64,000 nucleotides of DNA. Origin: an uncultured Chloroflexia bacterium (GTDB taxonomy: Bacteria; Chloroflexota; Limnocylindria; Limnocylindrales; CSP1-4). Positions within the stretch are counted from its first letter, which is position 1; every line of letters starts with the position of its first letter. The stretch spans positions 32,001 through 96,000 of the forward strand of contig CAVVNQ010000011.1 of the NCBI GenBank assembly GCA_963749705.1, read 5' to 3'. Shown here one piece after another: positions 29,901-38,731 of the stretch. Made by a program: the position numbers and the translations under genes. The notes under the pieces were generated by a model. It was not told where the DNA came from. It saw only the letters and a list, made by a program, of their open reading frames with translations, and searched no databases.

Positions 29901-30899
29901 GTGCCGCACGGGCAGCCCGAACACGGCCATCACGGCGTCGCCGATGAACTTCTCGACCGTGCCGCCGTGCTTCTCCAGGACCCGGCGCGACTCCTCGAAG
30001 CCATCGGCCATCACGTCGCGGAGCGTCTCCGGGTCCAGGGGGGCGCCGTCGATCGTGGTCGCCTTGAGGTCCGAGAACACGATCGTGACCGTCTTGCGGC
30101 TCTCCTGCGCCCGCTGCCGGCCGGCGAGCCGGCTGCCGCACGACCCACACCAGGTGAAGTCATCGGGGTTCTCGTCACCGCAGTTCCGGCACACGCGCAA
30201 TTCGGGCCGGTCGGCCGACCCCTGTGCCTGCACCAGGATCGGGGAATCCGTGTTCACGCACAGCAGCCGATACGCAGGGACCGCCGTCGTCGCGCCCTTC
30301 GGCAGGACGGGATCGACGTCTTCCACCTCGACGTCGTTGCCGGCGGCGAGGAGCGTGGATTCGCCGATCAACACCTCGTCGACCGGCGCCGACTGCTCCA
30401 GCTTGTTGGCGAGCTGGACGACGTCGCCGGTCAGGATGTGCTCGCCGACGCTGGCCTCGCCGATCACGGCCTCGCCGGTCGCGATCCCGGTGCGGTTCGT
30501 CAACCGGACCGCCCACGTCCGCTGCAGCTGCTCGTTGAGGGCGGCCAGCGCCCGCTGGCTCTCGGCGGCGGCAGCGAGGGCGCGGAGCGCATCGCCCTCC
30601 CGCGGCAGGGGCAGGCCGAACACGGCCACGATGGCGTCGCCGATGATCTTCTCGATCGTGCCGTCGTACGACTCGAACACGGCGCGCATCTCGTCGAAGT
30701 AGAGGGTCAGGACCTCCCGCAGCGACTCCGGGTCCAACCGCTCGCCGAGCGCGGTGGAACCCTTGAGATCCGAGGTGACGATCGTGACCTGCCGCCGGAC
30801 CTCCCGGGGCGGCCGGTCCGGAGCCACCTGCGCCCGGCAGTACCCGCAGACGCGGTAGCGCGGGTCACTGGGCTGACCGCAGTCGGGACAGGGCACCAT
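26973..30899 (-). CDS. Class III nucleotide cyclase with two zinc-ribbon+cyclase modules, STAND/AAA ATPase and TPR-like C-terminus
   Basis: CPDCG/CGYC and CRNCG/CGSCG ribbons; SDLKGST-EKIIGD and SDLKATT-EKFIGD-VNVAARL cyclases; Walker A GDAGVGKT; Walker B HIDDIHW; GNPLFVEQ. Confidence 0.92.
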   Translation of the reverse strand: MVPCPDCGQPSDPRYRVCGYCRAQVAPDRPPREVRRQVTIVTSDLKGSTALGERLDPESLREVLTLYFDEMRAVFESYDGTIEKIIGDAIVAVFGLPLPREGDALRALAAAAESQRALAALNEQLQRTWAVRLTNRTGIATGEAVIGEASVGEHILTGDVVQLANKLEQSAPVDEVLIGESTLLAAGNDVEVEDVDPVLPKGATTAVPAYRLLCVNTDSPILVQAQGSADRPELRVCRNCGDENPDDFTWCGSCGSRLAGRQRAQESRKTVTIVFSDLKATTIDGAPLDPETLRDVMADGFEESRRVLEKHGGTVEKFIGDAVMAVFGLPVRHEDDGLRAVRSALDMKVGLTDLAERLATERGIRLDVAIGVNTGEVVAGDASLGQRLVTGDAVNVAARLEQAAPVREVLIGDLTHQLVRDAVDVEAVEPLTLKGKAQPVPAYRLLAVRSGDAVARRQDAPMVGREREMAQLEDMLASSVRERGARMVTLVGDAGVGKTRLTREFLDSVEGRARVIRGRCLPYGDGITFWPIVEVVREAVGIREEEPPESARTRLASLLGPDSSDVADRVAAAVGLVDTPFPVSELFWGIRRFFELLAQDGPVVVHIDDIHWAEATFLDLIGYLTETSRDASVLLLCTARNELLERHADWAGADNQARIVLAPLSDADAGQVVENLLGRAGLAEDVRARVVAAAEGNPLFVEQLLSMLIDNGSLRFADDRWQPTVDLSDISIPPTIHALLASRLDQLPAVERSVVEPASVIGLSFAPAAVGELAPDDVTPDLMTHLSSLAAKQLVKAGEAASATDPSYRFQHILIKDAAYQGLLKRSRAIFHERFAVWADRVNAEAGRSTEFEEILGWHLEQAYRYRGELGPLDEHGVAVGIDASRRLASAGRRAMARGDMPAAANLLRRAAGLVPDDHPTRPRLLRDAGEALMEVGDFAAADELLVASKAGAAALEDAAMETTAAIMQMQLQFYQAGSGDGEADVISKVRGLLPTLEATGSHEGLARAWRLMTVLGGGIGRYVFAEEAAEKAIEHARIAEDRLIETRSRSSLAMCALLGQTPVPLAIERCEQLLVQAEGDRKSESLILAVLAHLEAMRGHADRARDLYGRSRATLEELGVRLLAALTSLDSGWVEMIAGDPVAAERELRGDYETLNAMGERMYISTTSASLSEALYRQGRYDEALAMTTFSQESAALDDVSTQFLWRHVRAKVLARRGELEDAVALATESVRLISESDDIESQGNALMSLAEVYWLCGRRSDASATAELAADRFERKGNIVSLAAARSFAQRMEAGVPAASLADAGA

Positions 30900-30997
30900 C
30901 GGCGGAGTCTACGGCATGCGCTGCGGCGGCCGGTCTGCGCGAACAGGAGCAGACCCGACCGCCGCAGCGTCGATGTCTCGGCCATGGCCGCCGCGGG

Positions 30998-32464
30998 CTA
31001 CCGCAGGAACGGATCCCCGGCGCTGGACTGGACGGTCACCGTCAGGCCGCCATTGGCGTGGATCCGGCTATACACGCATGGGGCGTGGTCCGCGTACCCA
31101 CCCACGTCCTGGCAGTCGGGCAACAGCCCCGTGTACCAGGTTCCGCCCATGACATCCGAGACCCTCGAGTCCGGCTGCGCGGTGTCGAAGCCGGTCGTCA
31201 GGCTGGCCGGCGTCCACGCGACCGGGAACTGGTACGGCGCGCTGAAGCAGACCATGTAGTGCACGCCGAGGATCCCTGCGTTGCTCAGCAGCGCGTCCGG
31301 GATGAACAGCCCGGTCTCCTTGCTGCCCGAGGACGCCGCGTTGTACGTCGTCCAGGTCACCGAATTGGTGCCGGAGATCGCGCCAACACCACCGTATTTC
31401 GCAGCCAGGCAATCGAACGCGACGATGTTGAACGATGCGCCGATGGCGCCGGTGGTCGAGTCGGACGTCTGGTTCAGGGTCTGGCCGTTGGTCGATGCCA
31501 GCTGCAGGTCGCACGCGTCCGTGTCGCAGGTCGCCGCGGTGCCCCAGATCCGGAACTGGCCGGATGTCGCCGGGGTGATCGCGGGGTTCGATGGCGCCGT
31601 CGCCGTCAGGGTGAAGGCGCCGCCGACGTTGACGCTCGGCTGGAACGTCGCGGCCCCGGTGGCGGGATCCGTGCCCGTGGGTCCGCCGTTCGCAAGCGCC
31701 GGCGACCCGCCGGCTGCGTCCAGGTGGACCGTGTTGAGCGCCAGCTTCACGCCGGTTGCGAACGCTGCGGGTTGGTTGTTCGAGTCGAGGACCTGCACCG
31801 TGACGGCCTGGACGCCGGCGCCGCTGGGTGTCAGTGGCGTGTTCGTGATCGTCTGGCTCGCGCCGGCATCAGCCGGCTGGACGGAGAACGCGAGGTGGCA
31901 CGGGTCGGCGGCCGACACGGGCTGCGAGCCCGCCAGCGTCAGGTAGTTCGCACCGTTTCCGCTGCTCCACTGGTTGGCCTGCTGGGCGGTGAATGTCCAC
32001 TGCAGCGGGGTGCAGCCGGGTGCCTTGAGGTTGGCGATCTTGATCGTCGCGGACTCGTCCGGCTGGAGGTTGAGGCCCTGCACCTGGAGCATCGAGGGGT
32101 TCACGAGGCCGACCGTCGGGCTGCTGTTCGAATCCGTCGAGGTGACCGTGGCGTACGAACCGGCGACGCTCTCGAAGGTGAACCCGGGGGACGCGGAGAG
32201 GTCGATCTCGAGCGAGCCCAGCTGCTGCGTCTTCGTGGTGTCGGTAACCGTGATCGAAATCGACGTGTTCGAGCCAGCGAAGATCGTGTGCGGCGTCCCC
32301 GATACCGTGTACGGCTTGTTCGAGTTGGCGAGCACGTTCACGCTGAGCAGCGTGGCCAGCAGCGCCGCGGCCGTGGTAACCGCGACCAACCGTACCGGGG
32401 CTGACCGGCGCCCAAATCGGACCCTGGACGTACTGAGCTTCACCGTACCGCTCCTCTTTGCCAT
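30998..32464 (-). CDS. Secreted hypothetical Ser/Thr-rich beta-strand protein
   Basis: Signal-like AAALLATLLSVNVLA; paired cysteines; HLAFSVQP motif typical of Ig-like surface domains; start uncertain. Confidence 0.7.
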   Translation of the reverse strand: MAKRSGTVKLSTSRVRFGRRSAPVRLVAVTTAAALLATLLSVNVLANSNKPYTVSGTPHTIFAGSNTSISITVTDTTKTQQLGSLEIDLSASPGFTFESVAGSYATVTSTDSNSSPTVGLVNPSMLQVQGLNLQPDESATIKIANLKAPGCTPLQWTFTAQQANQWSSGNGANYLTLAGSQPVSAADPCHLAFSVQPADAGASQTITNTPLTPSGAGVQAVTVQVLDSNNQPAAFATGVKLALNTVHLDAAGGSPALANGGPTGTDPATGAATFQPSVNVGGAFTLTATAPSNPAITPATSGQFRIWGTAATCDTDACDLQLASTNGQTLNQTSDSTTGAIGASFNIVAFDCLAAKYGGVGAISGTNSVTWTTYNAASSGSKETGLFIPDALLSNAGILGVHYMVCFSAPYQFPVAWTPASLTTGFDTAQPDSRVSDVMGGTWYTGLLPDCQDVGGYADHAPCVYSRIHANGGLTVTVQSSAGDPFLR

Positions 32465-32537
32465 GTCTGGCACTACCGTCCCCGGGGTACTTTCGGCGTA
32501 CGCCGATGGCTGAGTCAACGTGTCGCGATCGGAAGCG

Positions 32538-32551
32538 TTGACAACTGTCAA
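32538..32551. promoter_or_regulatory. Perfect palindrome TTGACA-AC-TGTCAA, candidate operator
   Basis: Read directly in an AT-richer intergenic region upstream of the secreted protein. Confidence 0.4.
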
Positions 32552-32724
32552 GGGCCGAATGAGCCCCTGGTCCCGCGATCGTACAGGACTTCTGGCCCAT
32601 TGGTACACAAGTGTTTCGGATGCGTTGCAATCCGAGAAGACGCTTGCGGGAACCATGGTCCCGGCGGACCAAGGGCGTGCGTCGGGGCACTGCCGGTCAG
32701 CCGTCGGTCACCCGACGTCCGCCC

Positions 32725-33435
32725 TCAGCTGAGGTGCTTGAGCAGCGCCTCCGCGTGGCCCCGCAGATGGCGGCGCATCGCCTCGGCCGCGGCCTCGCCA
32801 TCGCCCCGGACGATCGCCTCGTAGACGGCGATGTGCGTCGAGCCGGGCTCCTGGTGCGTGTCGACCTGGGATGCCAGGCGGCTGGCGAGGTCGATCCGGC
32901 TGGCCGTGTCCTCGAACGCCTGCGCCAGGTACCGGTTCTGGGCCGCGAGCACGATGAGGTGGTGGAAGTCGGCCAGGCGCGAGTAGTGCCCATCATCGAC
33001 CGGGCGCGCGGACGGATCGATCGCCGCGGCGCGCATCCGCTCCAGGTCTGCGTCGGTACGCCGCTCGGCGGCCAGGCGGGCGCACGCGGTCTCGACCGCC
33101 TCGCGCAGCTCGAAGCTCTCCCGGACGTCACGGGCCGACAGCCGGGCGACGAAGGTGCCGCGCTTGGGGAAGATCTCGACCAGGCCCTCCTGGGCGAGCG
33201 CCTGGAGCGCCTCGCGGATCGGCGTGCGCGACGTCCGGAGCGCCTCCGCCCGCTCTGCCTCGGAGATGGCCGAGCCGGGCAGCAGGTCACCGGCCAGGAT
33301 GTCCCCCTTGATCGCATCGTAGGCGGCATCGCGGAGGCTGCGGGCCCTGCCCCCGCCACCGCCAGGACCGTCCGTCCCCGTCGACACCATGTCCCTGCCT
33401 TCGTCCGTCTGCCGCGCCGGTGCGCGCTCGTCCAT
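32725..33435 (-). CDS. GntR-family regulator (FCD domain)
   Basis: SRTPIREALQALAQEGLV, PKRGTFV, FHHLI, HIAVYEAI, MRRHL. Confidence 0.92.
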   Translation of the reverse strand: MDERAPARQTDEGRDMVSTGTDGPGGGGGRARSLRDAAYDAIKGDILAGDLLPGSAISEAERAEALRTSRTPIREALQALAQEGLVEIFPKRGTFVARLSARDVRESFELREAVETACARLAAERRTDADLERMRAAAIDPSARPVDDGHYSRLADFHHLIVLAAQNRYLAQAFEDTASRIDLASRLASQVDTHQEPGSTHIAVYEAIVRGDGEAAAEAMRRHLRGHAEALLKHLS

Positions 33436-33440
33436 CGTCC

Positions 33441-34274
33441 TCAGGCCGGCACACGGTCTGCGTCCGTGGCCCGCGCCGTCGGCACACAGTATGGCTTGCC
33501 GGAGATCGCATCGATGTTGACCTCGGCATGGACGCCGAACACCTCGACCAGCAGCTCACGGGTCAGGACCTCGGCCGGCGGTCCCTGGCGCCAGATCTCG
33601 CCCTTGCGCACCGCGACCATGTGATCGCTGTATCGCGCCGCCTGGTTGAGCTCGTGGAGCACCATCACGACGGTCATGCCCTGCCGCGCGTTGAGGTCGC
33701 GCAGCAGCTCCAGCACCTCGAGCTGGTGCCCGAGATCGAGGAACGTGGTGGGCTCATCGAGCAGCAGGATCGGCGTCTGCTGGGCGAGCGCCATCGCGAT
33801 CCACGCCCGCTGGCGCTCACCACCCGAGAGCGCGTCGAGCGGCCGGTCGGCGAACGCCTCGAGGTTCGTCTCGTGGAGCGCCCACTTCACGGCCTCGGCG
33901 TCGGCATTCGACCCGGCACCCAGGAACCCCTGGTGCGGATACCGTCCGTTCCACACCAGGCGCTCCACGGTGAGCCCCTCGGGCGACGACGGCCCCTGGG
34001 GCAGGACGGCGAGCCGGCGCGCGACCTCCTTGGTCGGCATCCGCGCGATCGCCTTCCCGTCGAGCAGGACCATGCCTCCCTTGGGCCGCAGCAGGCGTGC
34101 GGTGGCCCGCACGATCGTCGACTTGCCCGACCCGTTGGGGCCGACGACGGCGGTGACCCGCCCGATCGGGAACGTGAGGTCGAGGTCGGTCACCACGATG
34201 CGGCGGTCATAGCCGAGGGTCAGGTTCTCCGCACGAAGCTCTCGCGGCGGCGTGGGAGTGGAGGCGAGGCTCAT
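33441..34274 (-). CDS. Iron-siderophore/cobalamin-type ABC ATPase (FhuC/FecE-like)
   Basis: GPNGSGKST, LSGGERQRAWIAMALAQ, LLDEPTTFLD. Confidence 0.92.
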   Translation of the reverse strand: MSLASTPTPPRELRAENLTLGYDRRIVVTDLDLTFPIGRVTAVVGPNGSGKSTIVRATARLLRPKGGMVLLDGKAIARMPTKEVARRLAVLPQGPSSPEGLTVERLVWNGRYPHQGFLGAGSNADAEAVKWALHETNLEAFADRPLDALSGGERQRAWIAMALAQQTPILLLDEPTTFLDLGHQLEVLELLRDLNARQGMTVVMVLHELNQAARYSDHMVAVRKGEIWRQGPPAEVLTRELLVEVFGVHAEVNIDAISGKPYCVPTARATDADRVPA

Positions 34275-34285
34275 GGGGCTTCCTC

Positions 34286-35326
34286 TCAGACCGAGATCCG
34301 TGTCTTGCGACGCATGATGAGGTAGATGAAGTAGGGCGCCCCGATGAGGGCGGTGAGCAGCCCGGCGGGGAGCTCGCGCGACGGGATGATGGTACGGGCG
34401 ATGTCGTCGGCGACGAGCAGCAGCAGCGCCCCGGCAAGGGCCGACAGCGGCAGCACGAACCGGTGGTTGGCGCCGATCAGCAACCGGATCAGGTGCGGGA
34501 TCACGAGCCCGATGAAGGCGACGGTGCCGGCAACGGAGACCGCGCTCGCGGCGAGCGCGATGGCCACGGCGACCAGCGCGATCCGGGCGACCTCGACGCG
34601 CATGCCGAGGCCGGCGGCAACGCCATCGCCCAGCAGCAGCAGGTTGATCTTGTGCGCGAGCACCATCGCGGAGCCGATCCCGAGGACGGACCACGGCAGG
34701 ATGATCGCGAGGTCCTCCCAGCCGCGCCCGTACAGCGAGCCGGCCAGCCAGGTCAGGGCGACCTGGACGTTCGCATTCTCCACCTTGAGGGTGACGATCG
34801 CGGTCACGGCGGCCTGGAAGATCGCGGTCACGGCGATCCCGGTCAACGCCAGCCGTTCCGGCGCCACGCCGTTCTTCCAGGCGAGCAGGTACACGATCGT
34901 GCCGCTCGCCGTCCCACCCGCCAGCGCGGCGATGGGCAGGACGAAGCGCGGGACGTCGACGAACACCAGCACGATCAGGACGGCGACGAACCCGGCGCCC
35001 GCCGTGACCCCGACCAGGTCCGGGGACGCGAGCGCGTTGCGGGTGACGCCCTGGAGGATCGCCCCGGAGACCGCGAGCTGCGCCCCGACGAGCATCGCGA
35101 TGATGATCCTCGGCAGCCGCAGGTCGAACACGATCTTGCCGTGCAGGGTGCCCGTGCCCGAGAGCAGCGACGAGATGACGTCGACCGGCGAGATCGTCAC
35201 CTGGCCGATGCCCAGGCTCACGATCGCGAGCCCCAGGACGACCAGGGCGAGGCCGAGGACCCCCCACGGGGCCATGCTCCGTCGCCGGACCGTCGCGGCC
35301 GTCATCCGCTGCGCCTCGCCCGTCAT
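34286..35326 (-). CDS. FecCD-family ABC permease
   Basis: DLRLPR, QGVTRNALASPD, FIGLVIPH, GAPYF. Confidence 0.92.
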   Translation of the reverse strand: MTGEAQRMTAATVRRRSMAPWGVLGLALVVLGLAIVSLGIGQVTISPVDVISSLLSGTGTLHGKIVFDLRLPRIIIAMLVGAQLAVSGAILQGVTRNALASPDLVGVTAGAGFVAVLIVLVFVDVPRFVLPIAALAGGTASGTIVYLLAWKNGVAPERLALTGIAVTAIFQAAVTAIVTLKVENANVQVALTWLAGSLYGRGWEDLAIILPWSVLGIGSAMVLAHKINLLLLGDGVAAGLGMRVEVARIALVAVAIALAASAVSVAGTVAFIGLVIPHLIRLLIGANHRFVLPLSALAGALLLLVADDIARTIIPSRELPAGLLTALIGAPYFIYLIMRRKTRISV

Positions 35327-36369
35327 ACGTTGCGCCTCGCCAGGAACAGGAAGAAGGGTCCGCCGAGCAGCGCGATCAGGATGCCCACGGGGATCTCGAG
35401 GGGACGCTGCACGTTGCGCGCCGCGAGGTCCGCCCACACCACGAGCGCGGCACCGAACACGGCCGCGAGCGGGAGCACCCGCCGGTGGTCGACCCCGATC
35501 AGGAACCGTGCGACGTGCGGGCTCACCAGGCCGACGAAGCCGATGGGCCCGGCGACGGCAACCGCCGATGCGGCGAGCACGATGGCGATGACCATGAGCA
35601 TGGCCCGGGTCCGTCCGGTCGACAGGCCGAGCCCCCGGGCGACGTCCTCACCCAGCACCAGGATGTTGAGCTGGCGCGCGTACAGCCCAGCGAGCGTCGC
35701 CCCGACCAGGAACCAGGGGACGATCACCTCCACGTGCTGCCACGAGCGACCGGCAACGCCGCCCGCAAGCCAGAAGTACACCTGCCCGACGACGGAGTTG
35801 TTGAGGATCAGCAACCCGGTCGTCAACGACAGCAGCAGCGATGCCGTGGCAAACCCGGCAAGGGCGAGCCGGATCGGCGTCACAACGCTGCGCGTCGCGA
35901 GGCTGAACACGACGGCACCGCCGGCGCCGCCACCGATGAACGCGATGAACGGGGTCAGCCACAGCGGACGGCCGGGATCGATCACCAGGCTCGCCACCAC
36001 GGCGAGGCCGGCGCCCGCCGAGACACCGGTCAGCGACGGGGACGCCAGCGGATTGCGCGTGAGCGCCTGCATCACCGTCCCCGCGACGGCCAGGCTTGCG
36101 CCCACGAACGCGGCGACGAGCGCGCGTGGGAAGCGCAGCTCCCAGATGATGATCCGGTTCTGGCTCCCGTCATTGACCGTGAGCGCGCGAACGACCTGGT
36201 CGAGCGACATGTCCACGATCCCGAACCGGGTGTCGAACAGGATGCCGATGACCAGCACCACGACGCCGATCGCGATCAGCGCGCCGAACCGCCCGAGCGC
36301 AAGTGCGGCGGCCTTCTCGGGCCGCCGCACCGGTGCTCCCGGTCGTCCGACGTGCGTTGCCGAGCTCAT
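35323..36369 (-). CDS. FecCD-family ABC permease
   Basis: ELRFPR, QALTRNPLASP, FVGLVSPH, GGPFF. Confidence 0.92.
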   Translation of the reverse strand: MSSATHVGRPGAPVRRPEKAAALALGRFGALIAIGVVVLVIGILFDTRFGIVDMSLDQVVRALTVNDGSQNRIIIWELRFPRALVAAFVGASLAVAGTVMQALTRNPLASPSLTGVSAGAGLAVVASLVIDPGRPLWLTPFIAFIGGGAGGAVVFSLATRSVVTPIRLALAGFATASLLLSLTTGLLILNNSVVGQVYFWLAGGVAGRSWQHVEVIVPWFLVGATLAGLYARQLNILVLGEDVARGLGLSTGRTRAMLMVIAIVLAASAVAVAGPIGFVGLVSPHVARFLIGVDHRRVLPLAAVFGAALVVWADLAARNVQRPLEIPVGILIALLGGPFFLFLARRNV

Positions 36370-36396
36370 CGCCTTGCCGGGCGATCCGTCACCCGG

Positions 36397-37455
36397 CTAG
36401 TTGGGGAAGATCTCGGGGTACAGCGCGTGCCGGGCTTGCTCGAGGACGAGCTTGGCCGCCAGCGGGCCGCGGTCACGACTCCACAGGTCACGATCGAACA
36501 GGTACACGCGGTCGTTCTTGACCGCGTTGATCGACGCCCACGCCGGGTTGGCGGCGAGCGAGTCGATGAAGTCCTGCGTGCCGAGCACGAACAGCGTGTC
36601 CGGGTTGACCGAGACCAGCTTCTCCAGGCCAAGCTGCACGAGACCCAGGCTGGATGCCCGGTCGCCGTTGGTTCCCTCGAGGTCCGTGGGCGTCAGGTCC
36701 GACTGCTTGAGCGCGTAGTCCATGCCCAGCGCGGACACGGACGTCCCGATGAACGAGTTGTCGAGCCACATGCCAAGGATGCCGGGTTCGACGCCCGGGT
36801 ACACGATCGCCGTCGAGACCGACGGCTGCGCGCCGATCTTCGCCTGGGTGTCGGCGAGCTCGGCGTTGTAGGCATCGGTGTATGCCTGCGCGACGTCGGA
36901 CTTGCCGGTGATCTGGCCGATCAGCAGCAGCTGGTCGAACGCGTCCTTGACCGAGTTCGCCCGGATCTTGAGGATCGGCGCGCCCACGGTCTCCAGGGCG
37001 GTGTTGTCATTGGAGTTGTCCGAGATGATGAGGTCCGGGTTGAGGGCCACGACCTCCTCGAGGCTCGGCGGCTCGCCGAGGGCCTGCGCGTTGCTCCAGG
37101 TCACGCCCAGGTAGGGCGGCACAGGTCCGCCGTTCCGGCTCGAGAAGCCGACCGGCTCGACGCCCAGGGCCGCAAGCTCGTCCATGGGCTGGAAGCCCCA
37201 GGCATAGATCCGCTGGGGCGCCGCGTTGATGGTGACCGAACCGGAGCCGGCATCCACGGTCATCGGGAAGGTCGGCGCGGGCGCAGTCGTGGGTGCCGCA
37301 CTCTCGGGCGCCATCGAGGGCGCGGTGGTCGCGGGTACGGGGGTGGGTGTCGGGCTCGAGCTCGAGCAGGCCGCGACGAGCATTGCGGCGGCGGCCGCAA
37401 ATGCAAAGCCGCGTGCTGCTCGTCCTCGCTGACGCCTCGGTTCAGTCACGTGCAT
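36397..37455 (-). CDS. Siderophore-type ABC substrate-binding lipoprotein (FecB/FhuD-like)
   Basis: Lipobox VAAC; PQRI, PSLEEVVALNPDLII, WASINAVKNDRVY, WSRDRGP. Confidence 0.9.
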   Translation of the reverse strand: MHVTEPRRQRGRAARGFAFAAAAAMLVAACSSSSPTPTPVPATTAPSMAPESAAPTTAPAPTFPMTVDAGSGSVTINAAPQRIYAWGFQPMDELAALGVEPVGFSSRNGGPVPPYLGVTWSNAQALGEPPSLEEVVALNPDLIISDNSNDNTALETVGAPILKIRANSVKDAFDQLLLIGQITGKSDVAQAYTDAYNAELADTQAKIGAQPSVSTAIVYPGVEPGILGMWLDNSFIGTSVSALGMDYALKQSDLTPTDLEGTNGDRASSLGLVQLGLEKLVSVNPDTLFVLGTQDFIDSLAANPAWASINAVKNDRVYLFDRDLWSRDRGPLAAKLVLEQARHALYPEIFPN

Positions 37456-37530
37456 GGGTCCGCTCCTCCTGCGTGCTCTGCGCGGGTGACGCTGGTCTGT
37501 CGTTGGTCATCATCGGCTGGCCCCTTCCAG

Positions 37531-38679
37531 CTAGGCCATGGCCACTCCTGCCGGCTGGCCCAGCACCCGGCCGGATTCGATGTCGATCTCGATGAACTCG
37601 TGTCCGCACGGCGGGCCGGCGGCCACGGACATGACACCCGCCGTGAGATCCGTGATGACCGTCGCCACGGTCATCCAGCGCTCGTGCCGCGGCGCGTCCG
37701 GATCCGGATGGCTGCACAGTCCCCGCCCGTCGCCCAGGTGGTCGCGGAGGATCGCCGCCAGATCCGACCGGTCGATCCCGCCCGACGCTCGGGCGCGGTC
37801 CATCAGCCATGCTCCGCGTCCATAGCGGACGATCGAGTCGGCACTGGGCGCGTAGGTCGCGGCGAGCTCCGGCGGGATCTCCACCAGGTAGTGGTTGGTG
37901 TGGAACAGCCAGCCGTCGGTCGGGTACATCCAGCGGGTCGTTGCCGGCATCGTCTCGATATCGACCGCGAACCCGTCGCGATGCGTGATCAGCAGGTTGG
38001 TCGAGCCGGGTCGCGTGCCGGCGGTCGCCATCTCGACCGCCTCGGTGATGTTGCCGGACCGCAGGATCCGACGGCGCATGAACGTCGACGGCAGCGCCGA
38101 CGGGTCACGGAGCCGCGACGACAGCCCGTTCGCGTGGAGCGCGATCCCCGCGGTGTTGGCCCCATGGCGTCCGACCTGTCCGGCCTCGGCGATCATCAGC
38201 TGGCGAGGTCCATCCGTCGGGCGCAGGTGGACCAGCACGATCGTGTCGGCGATCTCCTCGAGGTAGTCCCAGTTCTGGCCGGTCAGCAGGTGGCCGTCGC
38301 GGCTGGCCTCGGGCATGACCGCGAAGCTGGTGCAGCCGTCGTTGGCGGCCTTGGCCTCGCGCTGGATCGCGGGCGGGACCACGAACATGCCGCGCGTGTT
38401 GAGGGCAAGGATCTCGCCGACGCTGAAGCCGCTCCCCTCCGCGATCCCTTCGATCTCGCTGACGATCTCGGGGTCGCGGCTGCGCCAGATCGACAGTCGC
38501 TGTGACACACCGTCGATGATCTGGCCGAACGTCGCCCCCATCGACGGGACGACCGCGTCCGCGTAGAACGCCAGCGAGCGGGCGATCCGCTCCTTCGCCT
38601 GGGCCCCGTACGAGAACCCCCGGGTGAAGGCATCGCCTTCGATGACGATCAGCGGGAACGGCGCGGTCGGCTCAGTCAT
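37531..38679 (-). CDS. Peptidase C45 / acyl-CoA:6-APA acyltransferase-family Ntn hydrolase
   Basis: EIEGIAEG, autoprocessing site DG/CTSF, GQNWD, HTNHY. Confidence 0.9.
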   Translation of the reverse strand: MTEPTAPFPLIVIEGDAFTRGFSYGAQAKERIARSLAFYADAVVPSMGATFGQIIDGVSQRLSIWRSRDPEIVSEIEGIAEGSGFSVGEILALNTRGMFVVPPAIQREAKAANDGCTSFAVMPEASRDGHLLTGQNWDYLEEIADTIVLVHLRPTDGPRQLMIAEAGQVGRHGANTAGIALHANGLSSRLRDPSALPSTFMRRRILRSGNITEAVEMATAGTRPGSTNLLITHRDGFAVDIETMPATTRWMYPTDGWLFHTNHYLVEIPPELAATYAPSADSIVRYGRGAWLMDRARASGGIDRSDLAAILRDHLGDGRGLCSHPDPDAPRHERWMTVATVITDLTAGVMSVAAGPPCGHEFIEIDIESGRVLGQPAGVAMA

Positions 38680-38685
38680 TCGGGG

Positions 38686-38731
38686 ACTCTAACATATCAG
38701 TCGTCGACTGCAAGGGTGGAAGTTGTCGACA
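38686..38731 (-). promoter_or_regulatory. Sigma70-type promoter with overlapping palindromic operators for the C45-ABC-GntR operon
   Basis: TTGCAG (38713-38708) N16 TAGAGT (38691-38686) with extended TGn; ATG 6 nt downstream; CAGTCG-N-CGACTG at 38698-38710 and TGTCGACA at 38724-38731. Confidence 0.6.

Noticed and set aside
35485-38505. 1006-aa plus-strand ORF and other long ORFs (3381-5831, 55250-57514, 60191-62086, 49563-51494)
   Set aside because: Antisense or off-frame shadows of well-supported genes; Arg/Gly/Pro-rich with no motifs, expected at this GC content.
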